This document shows positions 1 to 9,698 of a DNA stretch of 39,962 bases, in pieces; positions within the stretch are counted from its first letter, which is position 1, and every line of letters begins with the position of its first letter. The stretch comes from a virus (lineage: Duplodnaviria > Caudoviricetes): the IMG/VR virus record IMGVR_UViG_3300031965_000081, positions 1-39,962 of that record, one strand, 5' to 3'. Both the position numbers and the translations under genes were made by a program. Under the pieces are notes generated by a model, which was not told the origin of the DNA, made no database searches, and was given only the letters and a program-made list of their open reading frames with translations.

Positions 1-127
1 GAGACAATGTCTCTCCTTGCCCCTTCACCCACTCATCAAAAGACTGACCACTTTGTTTGGCGGATTTGATACTTGAAGTTAGGTTATCTACACCTTTTAT
101 GGGTTGGTTGTAAATGTCGGTGAGTTG
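1..127. repeat. Terminal direct repeat (127 bp), left copy; circular assembly overlap
   Basis: 1-127 is identical to 39836-39962; 127 is a common assembler k-mer; the reading frame runs through the junction. Confidence 0.95.
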
Positions 128-1501
128 GGATTTATATACTACTGGAACCTCTTTAATTCCAAGTTGTTTATATGCTTCCAATCTGCTATGTCCTTGTCTT
201 ACACGACTTTCAAGAATCGCATCATACTGTCTCCCGCCTTGAAGGTTGTCTGTAATTTTTGATACATAAGGTTTATCTTCTACAATAACAATAGGTCGCT
301 CTCCTTTAGAAATTCTTTCTTTCCAATGGCTTACTTTTCCCTCTATTAACTCTTGTCCAGCACCTATTTTCCCTTTCAAAACTCCCTCATTAAATTTATA
401 TTCACCATATCCAAGAAAGTCAGATGTTTTTCTATATGAAACTAGGGGTTTTAATTCACTAAAGTCTTTACCTAGAGTTTTACCGTTTACGATTGGGTCT
501 CTTTTCCCAATTATTATAGAATCGGCAAACTCCTCCGCACTCTTATACTTCCTAGCTTCTTCTACTAAAGACTGACCAGAGGCTTTGGCTTTGGAGATGG
601 AGGTAGATAGTTCTGTTTTAGGTGCAATCGCTGTTTCTGGGGCAGTTTTGGGCGTTGTGGGGGCTTCTGTGGGCTTAAGGAACTGTTGTAAAGGTTTCTT
701 TTCAGCTTGCTTCATTAAGAAAGCCGCCTCGCCCTTAATAGCGGTTTCTACTCCTTCAGCAGTTTTAGCTCTGGCTACATTTTTAGCGGCTCGTTCTGCT
801 AGTTCTTCAGGTAAGCCGTATTTAATCATTCTAGTTTTAGCAAGGTCGTCTGTTTGAGCTGCTATAAGTTCTTTGACCGCATTAGAACCTAGTTTTCTAC
901 CTCTTCCAAAAGGAGTAAGGTCAGCCGCAAACATAGCTACAACCGCCGCAAAAGGTAGATATTTCTTTTCTGCTGGAGTAGCGTCCGGTTGTTTTTCTAA
1001 ATACTCGCTTATTGACTCTTGATAGTCTGCATAAGATTTTGGATTAAAGCCAAATAATTTCTTTTCTAACTCTTGTTGTCCTTGTGTTCCTCTAATAGTT
1101 GCTTGGGCTTCTAAACTAGCTTGACCTAAATCTTTACCTAGTGCGGCTTTTCCATAAGTTAAAACAAATTCTTGTATTGTTTTACCTGTTTCAGATAACG
1201 CCCCTCCAATAAATCCTGCTGTTTTTCCAAGTATCTTGGCGGGTTGTTTTACAAGTTCAGTAAATGCTTGTTCGCCAAAGGTTTGTGTTGAGCGTCTTTC
1301 TGCTTGCTTTTGAGAGTAGTCTGTCAAAGCTCCACCCAATGCTTCACCTACTATTTTTGCACCACCAACTATATTACTGGGTTTTAGAAATGTATCTTCC
1401 AATTTAGTTCTAATATAACCTCTAGGGTTAGACGGCTTCAAAAACTCCGACAAAGGCGGTTTTTGTGGTTTTAAGAAATCTTTTAAGGGTGCTAATGCCA
1501 T
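1..1501 (-). CDS. N-terminal part of ~1645-aa multidomain (polyvalent-like) putative virion/ejection protein; contains first ParB/Srx-like cassette; continues at 39835
   Basis: Hand translation from ATG at 1501 (MALAPLKDFLKPQKPP...) is open to position 1 and in frame with ORF 36399..39863; contains KERISKGERPIVIVED...VRQGHSRLEAYKQLGIKEVPV; missed by the ORF track because it runs off the edge. Confidence 0.9.
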   Translation of the reverse strand, partial: MALAPLKDFLKPQKPPLSEFLKPSNPRGYIRTKLEDTFLKPSNIVGGAKIVGEALGGALTDYSQKQAERRSTQTFGEQAFTELVKQPAKILGKTAGFIGGALSETGKTIQEFVLTYGKAALGKDLGQASLEAQATIRGTQGQQELEKKLFGFNPKSYADYQESISEYLEKQPDATPAEKKYLPFAAVVAMFAADLTPFGRGRKLGSNAVKELIAAQTDDLAKTRMIKYGLPEELAERAAKNVARAKTAEGVETAIKGEAAFLMKQAEKKPLQQFLKPTEAPTTPKTAPETAIAPKTELSTSISKAKASGQSLVEEARKYKSAEEFADSIIIGKRDPIVNGKTLGKDFSELKPLVSYRKTSDFLGYGEYKFNEGVLKGKIGAGQELIEGKVSHWKERISKGERPIVIVEDKPYVSKITDNLQGGRQYDAILESRVRQGHSRLEAYKQLGIKEVPVVYKSQLTDIYNQPIKGVDNLTSSIKSAKQSGQSFDEWVKGQGETLS

Positions 1502-3067
1502 TTAATATGTTCTACTACTTGTACTAGAACTTAAAAGTCCAGCATCTTTTAATAATTGGTCTGCTGTAGTGACCGTCATTCCCCCTCCTTCTTTACTAGT
1601 TAAAAATGCTTTTATCTCTCCTGCGGAATATCCCATTTCAGCGAGTTGTTTTATACCGCTTGTAGAGGCGACATTTATTTGTTGTCCAGTTGAGGTAGTG
1701 AAATTTTTGGTCTGCAAAGCTCCTTTATTTTGGTCTTCATAAATACTCCTTAGCTCTTTCGCTAGTCCTATATTATCCCCCCCGAATTTCTTAGCCAATG
1801 CTTGTCCTTCGGAAGTTTTTAGATATTGAGGATACCATTGTTCGTAAGAAGCCCCCGGCGAACCTTCGTATGAACCTCCTACTGATCCGTATTTCTCCAT
1901 AGCCGCTTTAGTCAATGGTCCCATTATTCCGTCTACTTTTAGGTTGGCTCCTTGAGCGTTGAGCTGAGTTTGGAGAGCTTTGATTTGGTCTTTGCTCATA
2001 GTTGAGGTGCTTGGAGTATCTGTTTGGATAGAAGTTGTGCTTGTTGGACTAGAAGTTCCGCCCGGTTGATTTATTGAGGTGGTTTCTCCTGTCTCTTGGT
2101 TGTAGGTATAATATCCCGTAGTAGAGTTGCCAAGTATTTTAGGAGTAGTTGTAGTGCTTGCAGGTGTACTTGTATCAGCTTTTAAAACATCGCGCCTATA
2201 ATTTTCATCCAGTTGTTGAGCTTTGAGTGAATCTTGTCTAGCGGTTTCCTTATCACTTCTGTCTAACTGGAATCTAACTGCGTCTAAGCTCGCTTGGCGT
2301 TTCTGTTGGGCGTTCGCTAGTTGTTGCTGAAGTGGAATTTGTAAGTTCACATTTCTCTTTTCTAAGTCTGCTTGTTGCCCTGAGATGAATTGCATTCCTA
2401 TGGGTTGTTCGCCTATGTTCTGTGTACCTGTGCGAAAAGCGTTTTGCTGGTCTTGGATAGCTTTCTGGGCGGCTTGTTCTTCGGGAGAGAGTCCTAATAG
2501 TGCTTGATACTGGCTGGCTAGATTATTAGAATTACCTACATTGCTTGAGGTGTTATTGTTTTGTAATGCTCCTAGTTGATTTCCTATAGGAGATTGTGTT
2601 TGTCCTCCTAAAGAAGCTGGAGTTGTTTGAGCGGTAGAGCCAACCGCTTGATTAAAATCCTGCGATGTGCGGTAGTTAGGTGAGTCAGGATCGGATGCAC
2701 TGCCAATAATCACCCTAGTGCCATCTGCAAGAGTTTTGGTTTGTAAAGGACCCTCTCTGGGTTCTGACGTAATCCCTAATTCTTTTTCTGTTGTTGCCAA
2801 CTCATCCAACGTCAAGTCACTTGGAGTAACTTGTCCACCACCTAACATTCTCTGAATGTCAGCCAGTGATTTTGAGGTTAAAAATCCTCTTCCCCAGATA
2901 TTAGCTATCTGTGAACCCTCTTTGGTTGGAATATCAGAATATCCACTAGCGTCTGCATATTGCTTAAGAACCTGTGCTTCTGTCAGTCCTTGTTGTTGGG
3001 CAAGAGGAAGTATTCTCTGTTGAATAAAATCATTAGACGATAAACCTTCTATGTATTGTGTTGCCAT
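1502..3067 (-). CDS. Putative internal virion/ejection protein with peptidoglycan-binding (PG_binding_1-like) domain
   Basis: 521 aa, Q/T/S/G-rich with coiled coils; motif QIKALQTQLNAQGANLKVDGIMGPLTKAAM; position after tail genes. Confidence 0.6.
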   Translation of the reverse strand: MATQYIEGLSSNDFIQQRILPLAQQQGLTEAQVLKQYADASGYSDIPTKEGSQIANIWGRGFLTSKSLADIQRMLGGGQVTPSDLTLDELATTEKELGITSEPREGPLQTKTLADGTRVIIGSASDPDSPNYRTSQDFNQAVGSTAQTTPASLGGQTQSPIGNQLGALQNNNTSSNVGNSNNLASQYQALLGLSPEEQAAQKAIQDQQNAFRTGTQNIGEQPIGMQFISGQQADLEKRNVNLQIPLQQQLANAQQKRQASLDAVRFQLDRSDKETARQDSLKAQQLDENYRRDVLKADTSTPASTTTTPKILGNSTTGYYTYNQETGETTSINQPGGTSSPTSTTSIQTDTPSTSTMSKDQIKALQTQLNAQGANLKVDGIMGPLTKAAMEKYGSVGGSYEGSPGASYEQWYPQYLKTSEGQALAKKFGGDNIGLAKELRSIYEDQNKGALQTKNFTTSTGQQINVASTSGIKQLAEMGYSAGEIKAFLTSKEGGGMTVTTADQLLKDAGLLSSSTSSRTY

Positions 3068-3112
3068 ATTCTATAATTATATTATAAATTGTTAATTGTT
3101 TTTATGGGTTTC

Positions 3113-4444
3113 CTAAATTAATCTTCTAAACATATATCCTCTTGTTTCGGAGCCGAGAGAAAGAATATAAATACTGTCTTTTATGTTTAGCATCTTATTA
3201 GCCCAGTCAGGGTAGGTATTATCTTCTTCAACAGATAACTGGGTTCCATCTGTGTCGTAGGTATGTAATTTTCTATTAGTAGAATCATAAGAATAAATCT
3301 TCCCATTTGATAAAACCATGTATCCGCCACCTGACGCATTAAAACCAGCATTAGCTGAACCGCAAGTAATTGTGGAATCATACGTAAATGTTGTTCCTGA
3401 TAAGGTATATTTAGCAATATCAAATGCATCAGCAGAATTTCCCCCATCAAAACTAATATAAAAATTAGTTCCATCAGAAGTCATGGAAAGAGTTAAATCG
3501 GTAGTCAAATCAGGGGCGGTGCCAGAGAAAGACATCTGCGTTCCTCCTGCAGATAAATTAGTTATATCATAGCGGAATACTCTATATTCATCAGGAGTCG
3601 TTCCTGTGTCTATCAAAAGTAAATAGAGAAATCCATTTAATAAAACACCAATCCTCGCATTATCCATATCCGCCCAGTCATTAATAGAATCGTATTCTTC
3701 AATATCACCTGATACTTCATTAAAGATTTTAATTATGCCTCCTCCTTTAATAGAAAACCATAAATCCGTTCTATCTGTGAAAACACTAGCCCAGTTTTCA
3801 CCGACTGGAGAAGAACTAATTATTAAATTGACTAAACTTTGAGTTTTTCCCAAAAAGTTGAGACTCTCGCCGTCCCAAGTAAGTTTATTCCCCACAGAAT
3901 CTCCAATGGAAAATTTCGGTGTCCCTCCATCATTTCCTATCCACCAACCCGTTCCTGTATCATAGTCTGTCTGCCCTGAACGGATATGTCCATCTGAACC
4001 TATCACCAAAGAGCCTATAATAGTTCCCTCTGTAGCTGTGATAGAACCTCTAAATATACCATTGCCAAACTCCGAATTGCCCTCAGCATCTATCTGCCAG
4101 CCCGCCTCTCCTGCAACAAAGTTTTGGCTTTTCTGTATGCCGGTCATCATTATGTTCTCGCCAGTTAAGAATTTCTGCATACCATTCACAATCACTCGGA
4201 CTTTAGCTTCAGTCATTGGGTCATAGCTTTTTAGAATTGACATAGCTATTTCCCTTACTTGGTCTTCCTTCAGTCCTGTGCTTATATTCTGCCCCACAAT
4301 GTCTCGGACTTGTTGTTCTGACAGCCCTGACAAATTAACAGGCGAGGCTTCTTTAGCGGAAACAGTTGCAGGATTATCTACTGTGTCGGGTAGACTTGTG
4401 TCTGTAGATGGGATTTTATAGAGTTTTAATTCTTCATTTTCCAT
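3113..4444 (-). CDS. Putative tail protein (beta-rich C-terminus)
   Basis: Likely start MENEELK at 4444; motif SQNFVAGEAGWQIDAEGNSEFGNGIFRGSITA typical of tail proteins. Confidence 0.55.
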   Translation of the reverse strand: MENEELKLYKIPSTDTSLPDTVDNPATVSAKEASPVNLSGLSEQQVRDIVGQNISTGLKEDQVREIAMSILKSYDPMTEAKVRVIVNGMQKFLTGENIMMTGIQKSQNFVAGEAGWQIDAEGNSEFGNGIFRGSITATEGTIIGSLVIGSDGHIRSGQTDYDTGTGWWIGNDGGTPKFSIGDSVGNKLTWDGESLNFLGKTQSLVNLIISSSPVGENWASVFTDRTDLWFSIKGGGIIKIFNEVSGDIEEYDSINDWADMDNARIGVLLNGFLYLLLIDTGTTPDEYRVFRYDITNLSAGGTQMSFSGTAPDLTTDLTLSMTSDGTNFYISFDGGNSADAFDIAKYTLSGTTFTYDSTITCGSANAGFNASGGGYMVLSNGKIYSYDSTNRKLHTYDTDGTQLSVEEDNTYPDWANKMLNIKDSIYILSLGSETRGYMFRRLI

Positions 4445-4445
4445 A

Positions 4446-6023
4446 TTATTTATCCTCCTCATCAGAATGCGTTTCAACGACTATTTCAATAGGAAACGCT
4501 ATTGGTAAAGGATTTGTTGATGTCCATGCAAACTCTAAAGTGCAGTTATTTCTGCCGATGTAGTCTTTCAGTTCTGGAGTTTTGTAAATGACGTGTCTGC
4601 TTCCTGGAAAGTTTGTATTATTTATTGCGGTTAAAGTTTTGCTACTAGAAAGGTCGTCAAACCATACTTTAGGAGTTATTGTGGTATTTGCCGCCACCGC
4701 ACCGCCAAAAGGAATACGCATTTTTAATATATTAAATTTCTGTCCGATATTCATCGTCCAGCGAAGATATGAACCAAGTGTTCCTGTTGCACTCCACTCA
4801 TCTATACCACGATTATCAGCGTCATTCCATGCCACAATAGTTTTTGGTTGTATATTTGATGACTGCTGGACAACTTTAAGAGCTGATACTGCTGGCGTTG
4901 CTCCGGCACTTGTAGTCTTAGCAATATTGTGGATTCCTGTAGGCATCCTATTGTCCTTTGACCCCCAGCTCCAAACACATGCTGAGGTAGCCGGAGTAGT
5001 AGTAGTTCCGCCCCAGATTACCTTGTTTCCGACAGCGTCTACCGCTTGTGAAAAAGGCGGGAAGCCTTCTTCAAAAAGGGCTATGTCTTGTACGCTGTCA
5101 CCACCTACATATCTTGAAAGTCTAAAGCCGTTCTGTCCGTTGCCAGACCAGATATAGATTACTCCGTTTACATTAAGGAGAGCCGTGGCTAGAGGATCAG
5201 CTAGGAATATCGGGCCTTCGGAAAAACTGACTGTATTAGTAGGATTCCATATTACAAAAGCTGATTTGCCTTGATGCACTGTGCCATCGCTTGAATAATT
5301 GCCTAGAACCACTATAAGCGTGCCTAGAGCTTCTATATCGGTAGGATAAAAGCCAAAGGGCAGATCCAGGACAGAATAAGCCGATGGGACTGTTGTGCCG
5401 TTGGTGTCTCCCTCGTCAGTTCCTTTTTTGGTGTTTATTCTGTGTATTTGTCCTTGTCCGTTGATGAAGTCTGTAAAGTATAAAGAATTATCTCCGTGAA
5501 CGTGTCCTACATGGTTAGGGATAGATACGCTATTAAAAGTAGGATAGGTTGTGTTCGTAAGGGCAGTTTGACTTCCTAGTGTTGCTCCTGTCCATACGCT
5601 GTCTACCAGAGAAGGAGAGTTATTGAGTGGTCCATATCTTGAAACATCTGTCGGAGTGAATATGTAAATATAATTGTTGTAGTAAACCCCAGAAGAAGCT
5701 ACACCGCCTGTTACTGTGCCGATTAGGGTTTCGTTATCTAAAGCGTTATCATATGAAATTAGCCGTCCGTTAGAAGTTACCACATAAGTAAGGGTATTTT
5801 TAGGATTAGTGATGATAGATACTGCCCGTGAAGTTAAATTAGCCCCTGAAAAGTCAGCCATACCGACAGGCACTGCGAAGCCCGAAGTTCTAATAGCCGA
5901 ACCGACAATAGGGAAATCTGGATCTATGGCTAGGGATTGGTCAAAAGTTCCTTCCGCACCGAAGTAACGGGATGGACTCGCCCCTGCTAGGATACTATTG
6001 ATTTTTAAGGTTCGTATTGCCAT
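4446..6023 (-). CDS. Putative tail nozzle / tail tubular protein B-like beta-propeller
   Basis: Likely start MAIRTLK at 6023, just after upstream stop; beta-rich ~525 aa; follows adaptor gene in podovirus-like order. Confidence 0.55.
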   Translation of the reverse strand: MAIRTLKINSILAGASPSRYFGAEGTFDQSLAIDPDFPIVGSAIRTSGFAVPVGMADFSGANLTSRAVSIITNPKNTLTYVVTSNGRLISYDNALDNETLIGTVTGGVASSGVYYNNYIYIFTPTDVSRYGPLNNSPSLVDSVWTGATLGSQTALTNTTYPTFNSVSIPNHVGHVHGDNSLYFTDFINGQGQIHRINTKKGTDEGDTNGTTVPSAYSVLDLPFGFYPTDIEALGTLIVVLGNYSSDGTVHQGKSAFVIWNPTNTVSFSEGPIFLADPLATALLNVNGVIYIWSGNGQNGFRLSRYVGGDSVQDIALFEEGFPPFSQAVDAVGNKVIWGGTTTTPATSACVWSWGSKDNRMPTGIHNIAKTTSAGATPAVSALKVVQQSSNIQPKTIVAWNDADNRGIDEWSATGTLGSYLRWTMNIGQKFNILKMRIPFGGAVAANTTITPKVWFDDLSSSKTLTAINNTNFPGSRHVIYKTPELKDYIGRNNCTLEFAWTSTNPLPIAFPIEIVVETHSDEEDK

Positions 6024-6024
6024 T

Positions 6025-6927
6025 CTAAAGTTGTATGAACAAATTTGGATTACTTTGCTGATAATCGTCTCCACTATCAATTACCATGCTCTCACTTTTG
6101 CTGGCGTAGCTTTCTATAAGGCTCTGCTCCATCTGGGAATACATTCCTCCGTAAAGTTGAGCTTTAGCGTTGTCGGGTTGGACAGAAGTGTAGTAAGTTC
6201 TTAAAGCTCCGTAGATAGGTAAGTCTTGATATTGTTCTGGTAAGAGAGAACATTGAGATATGGTATAGGCGGCGTTGCCTCCTGTTATTGCTGTGCCTTT
6301 GTAAGGGCGTACAAGCGTCAAGGAGGTGGTTGAAGCTACGGATAGTATCTCATACCAAAATCCGTCCCCTTTGTCATCTGTGTCACTCTCTGTAATGCGT
6401 AGCCACCTACCAGCCATAGATGTAGCCCAAGTTGTGCCTGTGCCGGTTACTGTGGCAGAGTCTAATACTGTAGTTACCACTCCTCCTGTAGTGTAGTCAG
6501 CGATAGTCAGGTCTTTAGCTAGACGTTTACCGTTTATGGTTATAGTATTGCTTGACGTTGCAGGTTCGGGATATAATCCTACTTTGCCGTCATATACAAA
6601 CCACCATTCAGGAATATCCGAGCTTACTGAAGTCTCATTTAATCTATCCCATACAGCTCTTGACGGACATTCTTTAGGGGAATAAACCCGATCGTCTACT
6701 GTTACGGTTACTGTGAACACTCTGTCTACATACTGGGGAAGCACTACGAATTGATTTGAGCTGTCGGTTTCTGTCGTAAATTGTTTCTCCAAAAACGGCC
6801 AATTACGAGAGCTTAATATCCTTTTTTCCTCTATATTTGTGAGTTTATCTGCGAGGCTGAGATTATCTGAAGACGAATTGTTTGATAAGTCTCCAAAAAG
6901 TGACCGCCTTTCGCTATAACTAAGCAT
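6025..6927 (-). CDS. Putative head-tail adaptor / tail tubular protein A-like
   Basis: RNWPFLEK, PEWWFVYDGKVGLYPEP, LLPEQYQDLPIYGAL motifs; internal TVTGTGTTW beta insert. Confidence 0.6.
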   Translation of the reverse strand: MLSYSERRSLFGDLSNNSSSDNLSLADKLTNIEEKRILSSRNWPFLEKQFTTETDSSNQFVVLPQYVDRVFTVTVTVDDRVYSPKECPSRAVWDRLNETSVSSDIPEWWFVYDGKVGLYPEPATSSNTITINGKRLAKDLTIADYTTGGVVTTVLDSATVTGTGTTWATSMAGRWLRITESDTDDKGDGFWYEILSVASTTSLTLVRPYKGTAITGGNAAYTISQCSLLPEQYQDLPIYGALRTYYTSVQPDNAKAQLYGGMYSQMEQSLIESYASKSESMVIDSGDDYQQSNPNLFIQL

Positions 6928-7300
6928 ATTGTTTCTTTAAGATTTGTTTTTTAAGCTCAACCTGAAGTTGTAACTTCTCTAATTCTTCTTTTAAGTCAAT
7001 TATTTTGTCCTCTAGTGCGTCTTTACGAGCTACGAGGTTGTAGAACTCTTCTTTCTTCTCCTCTACTAGTTTCTTGTAGGCTACCAAGTTGGCGAGTTCT
7101 TTGCTCATTTTAGTCTGTAAGTCCTCGCACCATACTTGGTAGTTTTTTACCTTTCGGGCTTTGTCTGCGTCAAATTCTATGTCTTTCTGTAAAGAGAGTA
7201 TTTTCCTCAAAGATTTAGCCAAGCGTTGGTTCTTTAAGACCAATTCTCTGGTCTGGTCTTTTTTTACTTTATTCACTTGTTCTTTGGAAAATAATTTCAT
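6920..7300 (-). CDS. Coiled-coil hypothetical protein
   Basis: 126 aa K/E/L-rich; overlaps neighbours. Confidence 0.7.
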   Translation of the reverse strand: MKLFSKEQVNKVKKDQTRELVLKNQRLAKSLRKILSLQKDIEFDADKARKVKNYQVWCEDLQTKMSKELANLVAYKKLVEEKKEEFYNLVARKDALEDKIIDLKEELEKLQLQVELKKQILKKQYA

Positions 7301-7755
7301 TAAGCTGGTTCAGTTACAGTTATATTTGCCCCACTGGACAATGGTCTCCAGAGACAATAGAAGTCCACAACTCCTGCGGTTAAATCCGTTGTCCCAATCG
7401 TTAGAATAATATCTGCTCCGTCATTTAAGACTTTTACAGTTGGTAATGCTTCTACTCCTACACCAGGTGTTGCGTCTACCCATATATCACCGTCATCTAA
7501 GTCTGTTGCATCGGCAATTTGAGCTATCAGTCCAGCAGTGTTTCCCGCTACCCCCACTTCCATGGTTCCAGCACCTGCGATATTCGTATCGCAAATTCCA
7601 AAGACGCTGACCAACACATTTCCTGTTACAGTGAACAGAGTGTGTGTAGCCACATCTCCAGTTTCAGCTTCAACGAATGTCCAAGTGGATTCCAAAACAA
7701 ACGATTCATTAGAGGTTATTGTCCTGCGATTATCATCAATTTGTTGTACTGCCAT
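7300..7755 (-). CDS. Putative virion structural protein
   Basis: 151 aa acidic beta-rich protein in structural operon. Confidence 0.6.
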   Translation of the reverse strand: MAVQQIDDNRRTITSNESFVLESTWTFVEAETGDVATHTLFTVTGNVLVSVFGICDTNIAGAGTMEVGVAGNTAGLIAQIADATDLDDGDIWVDATPGVGVEALPTVKVLNDGADIILTIGTTDLTAGVVDFYCLWRPLSSGANITVTEPA

Positions 7756-7756
7756 T

Positions 7757-8155
7757 TTATTTTTTCTTAGCTTTTAATGGCTTCTTCTTAAGTTCAGCAA
7801 ATTCTTCCTCAACGACTACTTTGGAAGATTTCTTTTCCTTTATTTCTTTCTTGATTTCAATCTCCTTTTCCTTTACTTCTGCTCTTGCGTTTTTGTCCAA
7901 CGCTTCTTCGGTAGTGATTTTTTGTGCTTCTGGTAGGGCTTGATGTAGGAATTTCTCTCGCTCCATCATATTGGAGGTTATCATTCCCGCCTTGTGCATT
8001 ACTCGGTCTACTAAATGCTTAGCAAAGTGCCAAGCCTTCCAATCTTCTACATACATCTCCTTGCCTGGTGCGAAACGATAGGGGACACCATCCCAAGAAC
8101 ATACAAACTCTTCGTCTGTGAAGTTCTTAAACACTACACTTTTTACTTCTCTCAT
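7757..8155 (-). CDS. Hypothetical protein (head module)
   Basis: Likely start MREVKS at 8155 (AATT-ATG context); the upstream part of the track ORF overlaps hairpins. Confidence 0.65.
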   Translation of the reverse strand: MREVKSVVFKNFTDEEFVCSWDGVPYRFAPGKEMYVEDWKAWHFAKHLVDRVMHKAGMITSNMMEREKFLHQALPEAQKITTEEALDKNARAEVKEKEIEIKKEIKEKKSSKVVVEEEFAELKKKPLKAKKK

Positions 8156-8260
8156 AATTACGGGTTTTTTGTGAGGAAACCTAGACCTCGTTCTTATTAT
8201 AATTGAGGCTTGCGAGCCTCCCATTCCCCCCATAAGGAGGAAGTGGAGAGTAACAAACTC

Positions 8261-8992
8261 TTACCTAATTACAAGGTGAATCATTGCATATTCAGCCGTA
8301 ATTCCTGTTGCCATGTGGTAACCAAGAATGTTGGTTGCCGCAATAGCCGGAGCAGCAGAACCAGAAGTTCCACCCGAAAGTGAACCGACTGCTTTACCTG
8401 CTGCACCTGTTCCTGTAAACAAAACTGCACACGGTCCCCAAGTCTGTGTCCAACCATACTCTCCATCGGCGATTATTGTGTTAGGGACACCTGCGATAGC
8501 CGCTGTTGGTGTGCCTGGTTCAATAACAATGCCGTTGTAAGTATTCTGAACTACGATGACTTTTGAGGATGTCGTCAGTGCTACAACGATAGGGTCTTCA
8601 AGAGTGAAGGTCGCTACTGCAGATGAAGCTGCAGTGTTGCCTTTAATCTTGTAAGTGTATCCCTGTCCTGGAGTCACTGCGACTGATAGATACCCTCCTG
8701 CAAACTCGTTAAGAGTGTAAGTGAGTGTATCAGTAATTGTGACCTCAGTAGCCCCAACAGCGGCTGCCTCTACGGCAATACCGCCTGAAGGCTGGTCGTT
8801 GGTAGCGTCAAGGGCTTTACCCTGATATACCTTTCCAGCGACTGTGTCTACTGCTCCTACTTTGGAGTATCTCCAACCTCGTCCGTCAGCAGTTTCTGCA
8901 TAGCAACCTATGTCCTGAAGCTGAACAGATGAACTGGTGAAGACTTCTTGTCCAAAGATAAGAGGAGCGCTTGATAATGAAGTTCTTGCCAT
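8261..8992 (-). CDS. Putative capsid decoration/cement protein
   Basis: 243 aa A/G/T-rich; GRGWRYSKVGA and YGWTQTWGP motifs; downstream of MCP. Confidence 0.55.
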   Translation of the reverse strand: MARTSLSSAPLIFGQEVFTSSSVQLQDIGCYAETADGRGWRYSKVGAVDTVAGKVYQGKALDATNDQPSGGIAVEAAAVGATEVTITDTLTYTLNEFAGGYLSVAVTPGQGYTYKIKGNTAASSAVATFTLEDPIVVALTTSSKVIVVQNTYNGIVIEPGTPTAAIAGVPNTIIADGEYGWTQTWGPCAVLFTGTGAAGKAVGSLSGGTSGSAAPAIAATNILGYHMATGITAEYAMIHLVIR

Positions 8993-9023
8993 AATAATAA
9001 TTCGTTAAGTTAAGTTGATAATT

Positions 9024-9662
9024 TTACGTTAGTAGTGCGTGACCGTAAGTAGTTATTACGAACTGTCCAGCAGTGTAGGTACCGTCGTCAGTTGCTCCTT
9101 GAGTCAGGTAATAGTAGTAGTTCGCTGTAATCCCTGGGACATCGTTGACTATGGTTTCGCCAAGTGCCCAGTCGCCAGTGCCGTCACACACAGCTATGGT
9201 GTTAGCAACTGTGTCGTCAAACGCTTCATCGGCTGCGGAGCCAGCTACTAAGATAACATCGGCGTCTCCGGTGAGAGGTACTTCTATACAAGACATCTCA
9301 ACACGAAAGATTTGACCGTTAGTTGCAACAACATTTCTACCTAGATATGCTGCACCACCACCGTCCAATCCGATTACATCGTTCTCGGTTCCCGAAGAGT
9401 CCAGCCCAGTTAAGTCAATCGTAATTCGGGTGATAATCACACCAGCTTCTGTCCATCTTTTGGTTGCTGGAGCTGCTGCTGTGCCAATTGCACCTGCACC
9501 GTGTTCAGCCGCTGTCGTTGCAGGAGTTAGGTCACCTACTAATCCACCTGTAGCAGTAACTGCACCTGCAACCGCAAGAGTTCCACCTAGGGTAACATCC
9601 TTATCGGTGTTGATACCGTCTTCTCTTATTGGCGGTAGATATTCTTCTAATTTTCTAGCCAT
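9024..9662 (-). CDS. Putative minor head/structural protein
   Basis: 212 aa A/G/T/D-rich, directly after MCP. Confidence 0.55.
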   Translation of the reverse strand: MARKLEEYLPPIREDGINTDKDVTLGGTLAVAGAVTATGGLVGDLTPATTAAEHGAGAIGTAAAPATKRWTEAGVIITRITIDLTGLDSSGTENDVIGLDGGGAAYLGRNVVATNGQIFRVEMSCIEVPLTGDADVILVAGSAADEAFDDTVANTIAVCDGTGDWALGETIVNDVPGITANYYYYLTQGATDDGTYTAGQFVITTYGHALLT

Positions 9663-9698
9663 AATGTTTTTATGTTAATAATAATAAACATCAGGCGA

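Noticed and set aside
1-127. 127-bp terminal repeat as a biological DTR
   Set aside because: It lies mid-gene and equals a common assembler k-mer, so it is an assembly overlap
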